Origin: Sulfurovum sp. UBA5622
GTDB lineage: Bacteria; Campylobacterota; Campylobacteria; Campylobacterales; Sulfurovaceae
Direction: 5' to 3'
Length of the DNA stretch: 64,000 bases
Assembly (NCBI GenBank): GCA_002424475.1
Contig: DIKI01000001.1
Location: forward strand, 141,989-205,988
Part shown: positions 12,442 through 22,108 of the stretch, piece by piece
Position numbering within the stretch: the first letter of the stretch is position 1
Layout: every line of letters starts with the position of its first letter
Made by a program: the position numbers and the translations under genes
The notes under the pieces: generated by a model
What the model was told of the DNA's origin: nothing
What the model saw: only the letters and a program-made list of their open reading frames with translations
Database searches by the model: none

Positions 12442-13974
12442 ATGGTTATCAAAAAAGATTCTACAAAAACACTCTTCAATAGTATTTTAATTGCCAATCC
12501 ATATACTGGACTTTTTTCACTAATAAAAAATAACACTATTGACCCTATTGCTAAGCCCCGTTTCTTGGCTAATCAATTTACTTCATCATATCTCAGCAAC
12601 AAAGAGATGATTGTTTCAAATATATATATCAGCAGAAGAGTTCCTGATGAGGATTTGCATAGTGCTATAGAAATCAAAGCAGAAGAAGAGCTCGGTATAA
12701 ATGAAGAAGAATATATCATTGATTTTTTGGAAGTAGAAAGCAACACAGAAGAAAGATTATTTCATATATTTGTAGTCAAAGCTGATCAGCTATATACACT
12801 CTTTGATCCGGTTAGAAATTATATCAAATACATTGATCTTGTTTTACCTGCACCACTACTATATAATGTACTCTATAAGCAAAATATACTACAATCAAAT
12901 GGGGTACATGTTTTTATATACTTCATGCATAATGATGCATTCATAACTATTTATAAAAATGGTGATTTTGCCTATAGTAAAGCTTTAGATCAATCTCTAG
13001 AAAAAATGCTTGATAAATATTATGAAATTACCGGTCAACATACAGGTCAAGATACTTTTTTAAACATATTAAAACATAGTGCTTCTCAAGTTTCAAGCAC
13101 TGCTTCGCAAGAAGCTTTGATGAAAATTTTTAGAGAACTCTTTCTTAATATTAATGATATAATCATATATGCAAAAAGGGCTTTGAAATTAGAATCTATT
13201 GATGAAATCTATATCAGTTCAGATATAGGTGTAATAGACGGCATCAAAGAGCATTCTTTAAGTTACCTCGGCAAACAATCCCAAGATTTTAATTTTAAAT
13301 ATGATATAGGAACAAATACTCAATATGTTGCTACACAACTTGAATTATTGTTAGCAAAAACATCTATAGATTATATAGAAAACAATACTTCTCTACCAAA
13401 TCTAACACAATTTCATAGACCGCCATCTTTCGAAAAGCGCCCTGGAGGTAAATTTATTATATCAATTGCTATTGCAATAATTTTAGGATTGACACTCCCG
13501 CTTTTTTATCTAATGTCATCTTATATCAATAATATTCAAACATACAGATATAATTATCAATCAAACGAATTATCAGGCGAAGTAGATAATTACAAGAAAA
13601 TTCTTGCAGAAAAAAAACAAGAAATTAACCTCCTAAATGCAGAAGAAAGAATAGAAGCAAAAGTATATAACGCCAAAGCGACTACATTAAATACTATTTA
13701 TGATAAAAAAGTTAATTATAGAATGAAATCACAAACTTTTTATGATCTAACAAATGACCTTAAACAGTTTGATGTATCTGTAGATAAACTTCAAAACGAT
13801 AATAATATTTTCTCACTTTCGCTTGTAAGTGAAGGTGACAGAAAAGTAACTGAATTAATCAAGCATATCTCAAATAAATATTATAATGATATTAAGAGTA
13901 TTGATATAAAACTTATAGAGAAAGATCAAAATGGCACTTATTACAAGGGCATTTTGACAATGGAGTTAAAATGA
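12442..13974 (+). CDS. PilM/PilN-like fusion protein, first gene of the Cts/T4P-like cluster
   Basis: About 330 aa N-terminal region laid out like the PilM actin-like fold, then one TM (FIISIAIAIILGLTLPLFYLM), a coiled coil and a C-terminal domain as in PilN. Start at ATG 12442 after AAGAGG. Assignment rests on architecture only. Confidence 0.55.
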   Translation: MVIKKDSTKTLFNSILIANPYTGLFSLIKNNTIDPIAKPRFLANQFTSSYLSNKEMIVSNIYISRRVPDEDLHSAIEIKAEEELGINEEEYIIDFLEVESNTEERLFHIFVVKADQLYTLFDPVRNYIKYIDLVLPAPLLYNVLYKQNILQSNGVHVFIYFMHNDAFITIYKNGDFAYSKALDQSLEKMLDKYYEITGQHTGQDTFLNILKHSASQVSSTASQEALMKIFRELFLNINDIIIYAKRALKLESIDEIYISSDIGVIDGIKEHSLSYLGKQSQDFNFKYDIGTNTQYVATQLELLLAKTSIDYIENNTSLPNLTQFHRPPSFEKRPGGKFIISIAIAIILGLTLPLFYLMSSYINNIQTYRYNYQSNELSGEVDNYKKILAEKKQEINLLNAEERIEAKVYNAKATTLNTIYDKKVNYRMKSQTFYDLTNDLKQFDVSVDKLQNDNNIFSLSLVSEGDRKVTELIKHISNKYYNDIKSIDIKLIEKDQNGTYYKGILTMELK

Positions 13975-14627
13975 AATTATTAGAAGATATTCTTGAAAAG
14001 TTAGATAATTATTTTAATGTAAAAAAAGATACCGAAAAAAATATTATTATTTTTGGCGTAGGAATATTGATATTTGTATTTGCATACTATATATTATTGC
14101 CTATGGCAGAAGATCGATACAGCAGAACCAAGCAAGAAAAACAGCAAATTAAAAAAATTTTAGATGAACAAAAAAATTATATGCGTTCAATTACTGTAAA
14201 TAATGATAAAGACTATTATGTCAAACAATATGACCAAGAGCTTATTAAAATAAAAAAATCGATTGTGGATTTAACTTTCAAAATAAATCTTATAGATGAA
14301 AGTATGAAAAAACTATCTGACATGATTTTTAATGAAAAAAGTTGGTCAAATTTTTTAAATTCAATTACTGGCAAAGCTGAGGCTCACAATATAGATGTTT
14401 TAAAAATAAATAATGAAAAAATTGATACAAATAGTACAAACTTCGGACATGTCTTAAAAATTCAAATACAGTGTCAAGGTCAATACAAAGATATAATAAA
14501 ATTTATACATGAATTGGAACAAACTAAATTAGTTACAGACGTATATAGCTCTACACTGCAACCAAATAATAAAAAAACGGCCATCGTAGCAGATTTGAAT
14601 GTATCCGTATGGGGAGTAAATAACTAA
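13971..14627 (+). CDS. PilO-like bitopic inner-membrane protein
   Basis: Short cytoplasmic N-terminus, one TM (IIIFGVGILIFVFAYYILL), a coiled coil, then an alpha/beta C-domain. ATGA overlap with the upstream gene. Architecture only. Confidence 0.5.
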   Translation: MKLLEDILEKLDNYFNVKKDTEKNIIIFGVGILIFVFAYYILLPMAEDRYSRTKQEKQQIKKILDEQKNYMRSITVNNDKDYYVKQYDQELIKIKKSIVDLTFKINLIDESMKKLSDMIFNEKSWSNFLNSITGKAEAHNIDVLKINNEKIDTNSTNFGHVLKIQIQCQGQYKDIIKFIHELEQTKLVTDVYSSTLQPNNKKTAIVADLNVSVWGVNN

Positions 14628-15034
14628 TGAAACAGATTATAATGATAGCAGCAGCCGTTATAACTACAACCTATTCCGCTAGTCTATCTACTCAAGATAT
14701 AGACAAAAAGGTATCCGAAATTCAGGCTACTAGAAATGGTATGAACGTTATTAGGTTTGAAACAATGTCGGATCCATTTGTGTATTTTGACAGAAATGCC
14801 TCAACTGGAACTATAATTACTCCGAAAATGGAAAATGAGGTAACAATTGGTGCTATAATGAATGGTAAAGCTTATATTGATGGTAGTTGGAAAAAAGTAG
14901 GTGATAAGGTTGGTAGTTATACAATTAAATCCATTGGAGCAAATGTTGTTATAATCAGAAATGGCGGTGAGATAAAAAAACTTTTTATTGGCAACAAACA
15001 AGAGAATGATCTGATAAAATTACAAGGAAGGTAG
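14627..15034 (+). CDS. PilP/GspC-HR-like small periplasmic protein
   Basis: Signal peptide, then a beta-rich C-terminus (TIGAIMNGKAYIDGSWKKVGDKVGSYTIKSIGANVVIIRNGG) typical of secretin-binding PilP/HR domains. TAATG junction with the upstream gene. Confidence 0.5.
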   Translation: MKQIIMIAAAVITTTYSASLSTQDIDKKVSEIQATRNGMNVIRFETMSDPFVYFDRNASTGTIITPKMENEVTIGAIMNGKAYIDGSWKKVGDKVGSYTIKSIGANVVIIRNGGEIKKLFIGNKQENDLIKLQGR

Positions 15035-15040
15035 CAAACA

Positions 15041-16642
15041 ATGAAAAGAGATACTTATATAAAAAAAATTTTTATACTAGTAACGATATTTGCCACAATG
15101 AGCAATGTATTGCACGCTGGCAATAAGTGTGATACAAAATTGTTTAGTGTGACTGCAGATAGCCAACTTACAGTTGGTGATATGGTGGATAATTTAGCCG
15201 ATACATGCGGTCTTACTGTAATAGTCAAAGATGAAGCTGCAAAAATGCGAATGAATAAAAAACTATATTATGTAAAACTCAAAAATGCAACAATGAGAAG
15301 TTTTTTAAACACAATACTCAAAGATAATGATTTGTTTTATTCATTGGAAGGCAACAAACTTACAATATCTTATCTCATAACTAAAACATTTCGTGTCCAT
15401 TATATTTCAGGAAAAAGAGTAGGAAAGAGTAATGCTCACGTCACCATAGCAAATTCAAACAATTCCGTAGCTACTTCAACAGGAGGGACTAATGATAGTA
15501 CAACAACCGGGGGAAGTACAGGTTCCCGTACTGGTATGTATATAGAAAGCAATGATGAATTTCTATTTTGGAATACGGTAGGAAAAGAAGTTCAACGTAT
15601 TTTGATAGGAGCTGGAGATGGAAGTACACATTATGCAAAAACATCAGAAAATTCTTGGGTCGGTCCAGATGGACAAGTATGGGAATACAATCCTGTAGCT
15701 CCGATAATAAATCCCGAGGCTGGAATGATTACTGTTACTGGTACTGCTGCGCAAATAGCAAGAGTATCTGAATATATAAATACCTTGACTGATCAAATTA
15801 AAAAACAAGTGCTTATAGATGTGCGAATACTGTCAGTCACTTTGGATGATAGCCGTACTACAGGAATTGATTGGACTCAAATATACAATTTGCAAAACAT
15901 GAGCGTAAATACACTAATTGGTGCTACAAATAATATTAGTGATATAACTAGTACAATCGGTGAAGGCATCACAGAGTGGACAAGAGTCAAGAATGGTGGC
16001 AACATGAATGAGCAAGGTATAATTGCTACTGGAACTACTACAGTAACCGATCTTATCAAATTTCTTGGCACACAAGGTGATGTAAAAAGCATCTCAAGTC
16101 CTAGAATAATGACGCTCAATAACCAGCCGGCTCTCATCAGTGTAGGAAAAGAATTATTTTATAAAATCAAATCATCCACATCATCTACAAGTAGTGGAGG
16201 CGGTACTATAGCAGAAGGAGAGATAATAGATTCTGTTTTTGCTGGGATCTTGCTAGATATTACACCGGAGGTCGACGACAATGGCATGGTTACATTAAAA
16301 ATCAATCCTTCTATATCAGACACCATAAGCAACACTACAACTACTGGAGATGGCACCAGAACTATGCCTCCTGATTTAGTGAGAAGACAAATTGCCTCAG
16401 TAATTAAAGTAAAAAATAATGAACATGCTATTCTTGGCGGATTAATATCTAGCAAAGAAGGGGTAGAGTCAAATAAAGTACCTCTTTTAGGTGATATTCC
16501 AATTATTAATTATGCATTTAAAAGAGAAAAGAAAATCAAAACTTTAGAAGAGCTGGTGCTTATTATAACCCCTCATATTATTGAAACTCCAAAAGATGTC
16601 TTATTGAAAGACTTGGGATACACAAAATTGAATGAAAAATAG
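15041..16642 (+). CDS. Secretin (GspD/PilQ family; occupies the CtsD position)
   Basis: Signal peptide and N-terminal STN/N0-like domain. Secretin core VLIDVRILSVTLDDSRTTGIDW...SSPRIMTLNNQPALISVG...VPLLGDIPIINYAFK...ELVLIITPHII. Confidence 0.9.
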   Translation: MKRDTYIKKIFILVTIFATMSNVLHAGNKCDTKLFSVTADSQLTVGDMVDNLADTCGLTVIVKDEAAKMRMNKKLYYVKLKNATMRSFLNTILKDNDLFYSLEGNKLTISYLITKTFRVHYISGKRVGKSNAHVTIANSNNSVATSTGGTNDSTTTGGSTGSRTGMYIESNDEFLFWNTVGKEVQRILIGAGDGSTHYAKTSENSWVGPDGQVWEYNPVAPIINPEAGMITVTGTAAQIARVSEYINTLTDQIKKQVLIDVRILSVTLDDSRTTGIDWTQIYNLQNMSVNTLIGATNNISDITSTIGEGITEWTRVKNGGNMNEQGIIATGTTTVTDLIKFLGTQGDVKSISSPRIMTLNNQPALISVGKELFYKIKSSTSSTSSGGGTIAEGEIIDSVFAGILLDITPEVDDNGMVTLKINPSISDTISNTTTTGDGTRTMPPDLVRRQIASVIKVKNNEHAILGGLISSKEGVESNKVPLLGDIPIINYAFKREKKIKTLEELVLIITPHIIETPKDVLLKDLGYTKLNEK

Positions 16643-17447
16643 CTTTCAAGTTGCAAAAAATACCTTTTTGGATGTTATCGATATAAATGAGTATATAGAA
16701 ATTGAATCATCATATATGATAATGACTCAATTAGAAAATGCTATATACAAACCATTCAAAATGGTCATACTCTTCGGTAAACCTGGCACTGGCAAAAGTA
16801 TCTTGCTTAAAAATCTTTTTGAACAAACAAAACATCAAAAAGAAATGTATTTTTTTGAGACACCATCAGGTAATCAAAAGGAGTTTCTAAAGCAACTTTT
16901 TAAAGCCATTAAAAAAGAGGATGCTCCGCTTAATGCTGATGTTGATTTTGTAGATTTGGTAAATTATTGTAAAAGCATCAAAGATCAAAGAGAAATTATC
17001 TTCTTGCTTGACGAAGCACAAATGTACGATATGGATACATTTGAAAAGATTCGACTTCTTTCTGACACAAATACCATTAAATTTATAATTTCACTACATC
17101 AGCACGGTAAAGAAGAACTATTAACACAAGCACATTTTAGTTCTAGAATTTGGGAAAGAATAGAGTTAAAAAACATTACCACCCAAGAGCAAGCTCTCTA
17201 TATACATAAAAAACTCTCAAATAAACATTTAATTGATATTGCCAATAATATTAAAGATAAAAATTTAAAACTCATCTATAAATATACAAAAGGCAACTAC
17301 AGAGAATGCAATAAATTAATGTTTACAATTTTTGAAATTTGTGAATATTATGATAAGTATAATCCGTTAAAAATGATGAATATAAATAGCATTCCAAATA
17401 AAATTATTGAAATGGCCGGATTAAAATTGGGATATATAAATGCATAA
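16632..17447 (+). CDS. ExeA/GspA-like P-loop NTPase (occupies the CtsP position)
   Basis: Walker A GKPGTGKS, Walker B IIFLLDEAQ, AAA_22/ExeA-like layout. Overlaps the secretin gene by 11 nt. Confidence 0.75.
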   Translation: MKNSFQVAKNTFLDVIDINEYIEIESSYMIMTQLENAIYKPFKMVILFGKPGTGKSILLKNLFEQTKHQKEMYFFETPSGNQKEFLKQLFKAIKKEDAPLNADVDFVDLVNYCKSIKDQREIIFLLDEAQMYDMDTFEKIRLLSDTNTIKFIISLHQHGKEELLTQAHFSSRIWERIELKNITTQEQALYIHKKLSNKHLIDIANNIKDKNLKLIYKYTKGNYRECNKLMFTIFEICEYYDKYNPLKMMNINSIPNKIIEMAGLKLGYINA

Positions 17448-18177
17448 CGTTGAACTACTAGAAAAACAATGGAGACGTTATCAGATTAAAAAATATTTTC
17501 CGTTAATTGCCGGTGCGCTTTTTTTACTAATTACGATTTTTTCTTTTAGTATATTGCCTGATTCTAAAATTTCTAATAATTCTTCATATAAGGCATATAA
17601 TCAAGAGGGTTTGCCATTTTTTATACATGGTGCTATAAATGTAATGGAACCTATAATTTCTGAGAAGAACACTATTGCTATTGCAGAAGACAAACAAAAC
17701 GAACAAGAATTTAATATGACAACAATACAGGAAGTAAAAAATACTAAAGATGTCATTAAATCCACAGCATTTGCAGTAAAAAATGATTTTAAAACCAATT
17801 TATTGCCAAACAATATACCAATTCACAAGAATGAATATGCTAGACAAAAAATAAAAATTAATTTGGAACAAACAACGGATATAAATTCAATAACTGATGT
17901 GATGCGTAGGTTTTATGAATCAAAAGATCCTAATGATTCTTTATTTCTTGCAATCAATTATTATGAGCAAAGTGATTATAGTAAAGCTTTTTATTGGGCT
18001 ATAGAAACCAATAAAATCACAGAAGACTTGGAAGATAGCTGGATAATAATGGCAAAATCTAAAGCGAAAATGGGCGATAAAAATGAAGCAATGAGAATAC
18101 TAAGAGCATATGCTACCAAAAAAGATTCGAAAAAAGCTTTGAGTCTAATGGAGCAAATGGAGACAAATCAATGGTAA
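17440..18177 (+). CDS. Bitopic membrane protein with TPR-like C-terminus (occupies the CtsX / ExeB position)
   Basis: One TM (FPLIAGALFLLITIFSFSIL), then a periplasmic region ending in TPR-like helices (LAINYYEQSDYSKAFYWAIE...MGDKNEAMRILRAY). 8-nt overlap with the NTPase gene. Confidence 0.45.
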   Translation: MHNVELLEKQWRRYQIKKYFPLIAGALFLLITIFSFSILPDSKISNNSSYKAYNQEGLPFFIHGAINVMEPIISEKNTIAIAEDKQNEQEFNMTTIQEVKNTKDVIKSTAFAVKNDFKTNLLPNNIPIHKNEYARQKIKINLEQTTDINSITDVMRRFYESKDPNDSLFLAINYYEQSDYSKAFYWAIETNKITEDLEDSWIIMAKSKAKMGDKNEAMRILRAYATKKDSKKALSLMEQMETNQW

Positions 18178-18217
18178 TTTTTAATATAATACAAAATATA
18201 AAATGTGGAGAATATAG

Positions 18218-19957
18218 ATGGTAAAAATTATCGAAATGATGTTAGATGAAAAACTTATAACAAAATCGGATCTCTCAACTCTACTCAATAGCAATCCACC
18301 AAAAAAAATTACCATTGCAAATTTGATTTATGAAAATTTAATTGAACAGTCAGTTGTTGAAAATTTTTTAGCTAAAAAAATTAGAATAGGAAAAATAACA
18401 CTAGAGCAACTTGAACATATTGATGATGGATTTGATATACTCCCGGTTATTAAAGATCTAGCAAAAGAGCTTGGAGTGGCTTATGTAGATTTAGATGATT
18501 ACGAAATAGATATGCATCTATTTTTGAAATTACCTTTTGCGCAGCTTATAAAATACAATGCTATTCCAATTGAAGAAAATGAACTGAGTGTTACTGTTGT
18601 TTTTGCTGATCCATTTGACATAGAAGCTCAAGATTCTATTCAGAGATTATTTCCAAAAAAGCCTATTGTTATAGCTATTGCTAGACCAAAACAAGTAATT
18701 CAGCATCTACAAAGATTGGAGGCTAATGAAAGTATAAAAAATATTATCACTGATATAAGAAAAGACTTAGCCCAAAATAACGTAGATAATACCAGAGAAG
18801 AATCTTCTGCTATTTTAAAACTCATAGACATTATTTTAAAATCTGCAATTTATGCCGGAGCCAGCGATATCCATATTGAGGCAATGGAAAAAAGCTGTAT
18901 CGTAAGAGAGAGGATTGATGGATTACTTAGACAAAGTTTTACATTTGATAAAGATATCTTTCCCCCTCTTTCTTCGAGAGTAAAATTGCTTGCGAATCTT
19001 GATATTGCCGAAAAAAGGAAACCGCAAGATGGTCGCTTTGGAGCAACAATCAATAATAAAGAATTTGATTTTAGGGCTTCTAGCTTGCCGACATTATTTG
19101 GAGAGTCTATAGTTTTAAGGATTTTGGATAAATCAAAAGTTATGATTAAATTGGAAGATACTGGCATGAATGCTATATCTTATGAAAGATTTTCCAAGGC
19201 GATTAAAGTGCCTTATGGAATAGTCCTCGTAACCGGACCAACCGGAAGCGGTAAAACAACTACTCTATATGGTGCCATTAATGCCATTAAAGATATCAAA
19301 GATAAGATCATCACAGTTGAGGATCCAGTTGAATATCAAATGAACGGTATACAGCAAGTACAGGTACATCCGCATGTCGGACTTGCTTTTTCAGATGCTC
19401 TGCGTTCAATTCTAAGACAAGATCCAGATAAAATCATGATAGGTGAGATAAGGGACCAAGAGACACTTCGTATAGCTATTCAAGCTGCTCTTACAGGACA
19501 TCTTGTATTGTCCACTTTACACACCAATGATGCAATTAGTGCAGTTACTAGAATGTTGGATATGGGAATAGAAAGCTATCTAGTCAGTGGTTCATTGATT
19601 GCAATACAAGCGCAAAGACTTATACGTAAAATTTGTCCTCATTGCAAAACTACAGTAGAGTTGCCAGATAATGTTTTAAAAGACTTAGCACAATATCTGC
19701 CTCAAAACCCAATATTTTACAAAGGTGCCGGATGCAAAGAATGCCGAGGGACTGGATATGCTGGAAGAGAGATGATATCAGAAGTATTAACTATTAGTGA
19801 AAAATTATCTCGCATGATTGCAGCTAATGCATCTAAAGAAGAAATGACCATTCAAGCAGTAGAAGAAGGTTTTGTGACAATGTTTGAAGATGGTATACAA
19901 AAAGCACTTGATGGAAAAACAACGATCGAAGAAATATACAGAGTAGCAAGGCTTTAG
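18218..19957 (+). CDS. GspE/PilB-family secretion ATPase (occupies the CtsE position)
   Basis: Walker A GPTGSGKTTT, Asp box, Walker B IMIGEIRD, His box LTGHLVLSTLHTN, tetracysteine CPHC...CKEC. Confidence 0.95.
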   Translation: MVKIIEMMLDEKLITKSDLSTLLNSNPPKKITIANLIYENLIEQSVVENFLAKKIRIGKITLEQLEHIDDGFDILPVIKDLAKELGVAYVDLDDYEIDMHLFLKLPFAQLIKYNAIPIEENELSVTVVFADPFDIEAQDSIQRLFPKKPIVIAIARPKQVIQHLQRLEANESIKNIITDIRKDLAQNNVDNTREESSAILKLIDIILKSAIYAGASDIHIEAMEKSCIVRERIDGLLRQSFTFDKDIFPPLSSRVKLLANLDIAEKRKPQDGRFGATINNKEFDFRASSLPTLFGESIVLRILDKSKVMIKLEDTGMNAISYERFSKAIKVPYGIVLVTGPTGSGKTTTLYGAINAIKDIKDKIITVEDPVEYQMNGIQQVQVHPHVGLAFSDALRSILRQDPDKIMIGEIRDQETLRIAIQAALTGHLVLSTLHTNDAISAVTRMLDMGIESYLVSGSLIAIQAQRLIRKICPHCKTTVELPDNVLKDLAQYLPQNPIFYKGAGCKECRGTGYAGREMISEVLTISEKLSRMIAANASKEEMTIQAVEEGFVTMFEDGIQKALDGKTTIEEIYRVARL

Positions 19958-19958
19958 T

Positions 19959-21209
19959 ATGAATTACTTTCATATATCTATTTTACATAAAGGCAAAAAA
20001 CAAATAGAATTGATCGAAGCCGATACTAAAAATACAGCAAAAGCTAAAATTAAATTAAAGTTTCCGCATGCAATTATAATTAAGATAGAACCTACATCTC
20101 CTCCTTTAAATATTTTATTTAATGACTTCACAACATGGTTCCGAAGTATGTTTAAAAAAAAGATAAACATGAATGATAAAATCTCTACAATTCGTCAAAT
20201 ATCCGTAATGACAGATGCGGGGATTCCTATCCATGACACATTGAATGATGTGGCACTGAATACAAACAACAAACAACTTGCAGAAATTTATAGTGATATG
20301 AGCAGTGATATAGATGCAGGAAGAAGCCTTTCTGACGCTATGATAAAATATCGTGATGATTTTGGACATGTATCGCTTGCTATGGTAAAACTGGGAGAGA
20401 AAACAGGCAGTATTTCCGACTCTTTTGGTAAATTGGCTGATATTCTAGAAAATGTAAGAGATAATACGACGAAGTTTAAAAAAGCTATTCGCTATCCAAT
20501 CATAACATTAGTTGCAATGGCTATTGCTTTTACGGTTTTAATCATAGTTGTTGTTCCTAAATTTAAAGAAATTTTTGAACAATTCGAAACAGAATTGCCA
20601 CTTCCAACAAGAATTCTTTTAGGAATAGAATATGTTTTGAGCAATTATGGTTTATTTTTACTAATAGGTTTGATAGGAAGCATCTATGCTATGACATATT
20701 TCTATAAAAATAATAATGCATTCAAGATGAATATAGATAAAGTGCTTATAAGTAAAAAATTTTATCTTATAAATAAAATTATATTTTTTTCCACAATGCA
20801 TAAATATACACTTGTTTTTAGTGAACTTATACGCTCAGGAATTCCTGTTTCAGATGCATTGCAAACAGCAGTTGGCATGGTAGATAATGCAGTGGTCAAA
20901 CAAAAACTTGAAAGTGTCAACATAAATATCAAAAAGGGTCTTGGCCTTTCAGAAGCATTTGAACAAACCGGGCTTTTTGAAAATATGTTATTGCAAATGA
21001 TAAGAGCTGGTGAAACAAGTGGTCAACTAGATTTGATGTTGGGCAAAATAACAGAATATTATAATATGCAATTTCAAAATATTATAGACAATCTGAGCAC
21101 ATACATAGAGCCTATAATGATGTTTTTTATAGCTCTTTTGGTACTATTGATGGCACTTGGCATATTCATGCCTATGTGGGACTTAAGTCAAGCAGCTAAA
21201 GGAAGATAA
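19959..21209 (+). CDS. GspF/PilC-family inner-membrane platform protein (occupies the CtsF position)
   Basis: Two T2SSF-type repeats (TLNDVALN...AGRSLSDAM and ALQTAVGM...KGLGLSEAF) and three TMs. Starts 2 nt after the ATPase stop. Confidence 0.92.
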   Translation: MNYFHISILHKGKKQIELIEADTKNTAKAKIKLKFPHAIIIKIEPTSPPLNILFNDFTTWFRSMFKKKINMNDKISTIRQISVMTDAGIPIHDTLNDVALNTNNKQLAEIYSDMSSDIDAGRSLSDAMIKYRDDFGHVSLAMVKLGEKTGSISDSFGKLADILENVRDNTTKFKKAIRYPIITLVAMAIAFTVLIIVVVPKFKEIFEQFETELPLPTRILLGIEYVLSNYGLFLLIGLIGSIYAMTYFYKNNNAFKMNIDKVLISKKFYLINKIIFFSTMHKYTLVFSELIRSGIPVSDALQTAVGMVDNAVVKQKLESVNINIKKGLGLSEAFEQTGLFENMLLQMIRAGETSGQLDLMLGKITEYYNMQFQNIIDNLSTYIEPIMMFFIALLVLLMALGIFMPMWDLSQAAKGR

Positions 21210-21231
21210 TAATTTCATTAAGCTGTCCTTC

Positions 21232-21255
21232 TGCCAAACCAAATTTGGTTTGGCA
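21232..21255. terminator. Bidirectional terminator hairpin between convergent genes
   Basis: Perfect 24-nt palindrome TGCCAAACCAAA/TTTGGTTTGGCA between the stop at 21209 (+) and the kdsB stop at 21260 (-). Confidence 0.7.
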
Positions 21256-21259
21256 CATA

Positions 21260-21979
21260 TTACAATAAATGCCACTTCAAAGCACGCTCCAAGTCTTCTG
21301 GGGTGTCTATCCCAAAACTTTGCGTTTCAACTTCAACCATAGCGATATTATATCCATGATATAGAGCTCTTAATTGCTCTAATTTTTCTATATGCTCTAA
21401 CGGAGCATGCGGTAAATTGCAAAACGTCTTTAGCCCTTTCATTGTAAATCCATAAATTCCAAGGTGACCTTTATAATCATCAAAATGATGATCTCTAGGA
21501 TATGGTATTTTGGCACGAGAAAAATACAAGGCCATGCCATTGGCATCAATAACTGTCTTTACCAGATTAGGATCATCTGCTTCACTAGAATTTAAAATCT
21601 TATAACATGAATTCATTAATATCGACTCATCTATAATATTTGATCTTGTGAGTTCATAAACTGCTTTTACTACACTTGTCTCTATAAAAGGCTCATCTGC
21701 TTGTACATTGATCACAATCTCATTGTTTGTGAGCTTAGCCAAACTAGCAGCTTCAAAAATACGATCTGTGCCGCTTTGATGCTCATTGCTAGTCATTACT
21801 GCCTCAAAACCATATTTTTTAGCAAGAACGATCACCTCATTGCTATCAGTAGCAATCAAAACATCATCTATGCTTTGCACTGCTTTTGCTGTACGAATTA
21901 CCATTGGTATGCCGCCAATATCAGCCAAAATTTTATTTGGGAATCTAGTAGAGCCTATACGAGCCGGGATAACGATCAT
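21260..21979 (-). CDS. kdsB: 3-deoxy-manno-octulosonate cytidylyltransferase
   Basis: MIVIPARIGSTRFPNKILADIGG N-terminus and NVQADEP motif. Start placed at internal ATG 21979; the track ORF extends to 22093. Confidence 0.92.
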   Translation of the reverse strand: MIVIPARIGSTRFPNKILADIGGIPMVIRTAKAVQSIDDVLIATDSNEVIVLAKKYGFEAVMTSNEHQSGTDRIFEAASLAKLTNNEIVINVQADEPFIETSVVKAVYELTRSNIIDESILMNSCYKILNSSEADDPNLVKTVIDANGMALYFSRAKIPYPRDHHFDDYKGHLGIYGFTMKGLKTFCNLPHAPLEHIEKLEQLRALYHGYNIAMVEVETQSFGIDTPEDLERALKWHLL

Positions 21980-22108
21980 CTTGTACCTTTTTGAAATGAT
22001 ATTTATGTTATTGTATCTCAATGAATATATAATTTTAGTAATTATATATTCATTGAGAAAAACAATTTTTAAATTATGATATAATCCGCGCAAAAAGGTA
22101 TTTTAAAA

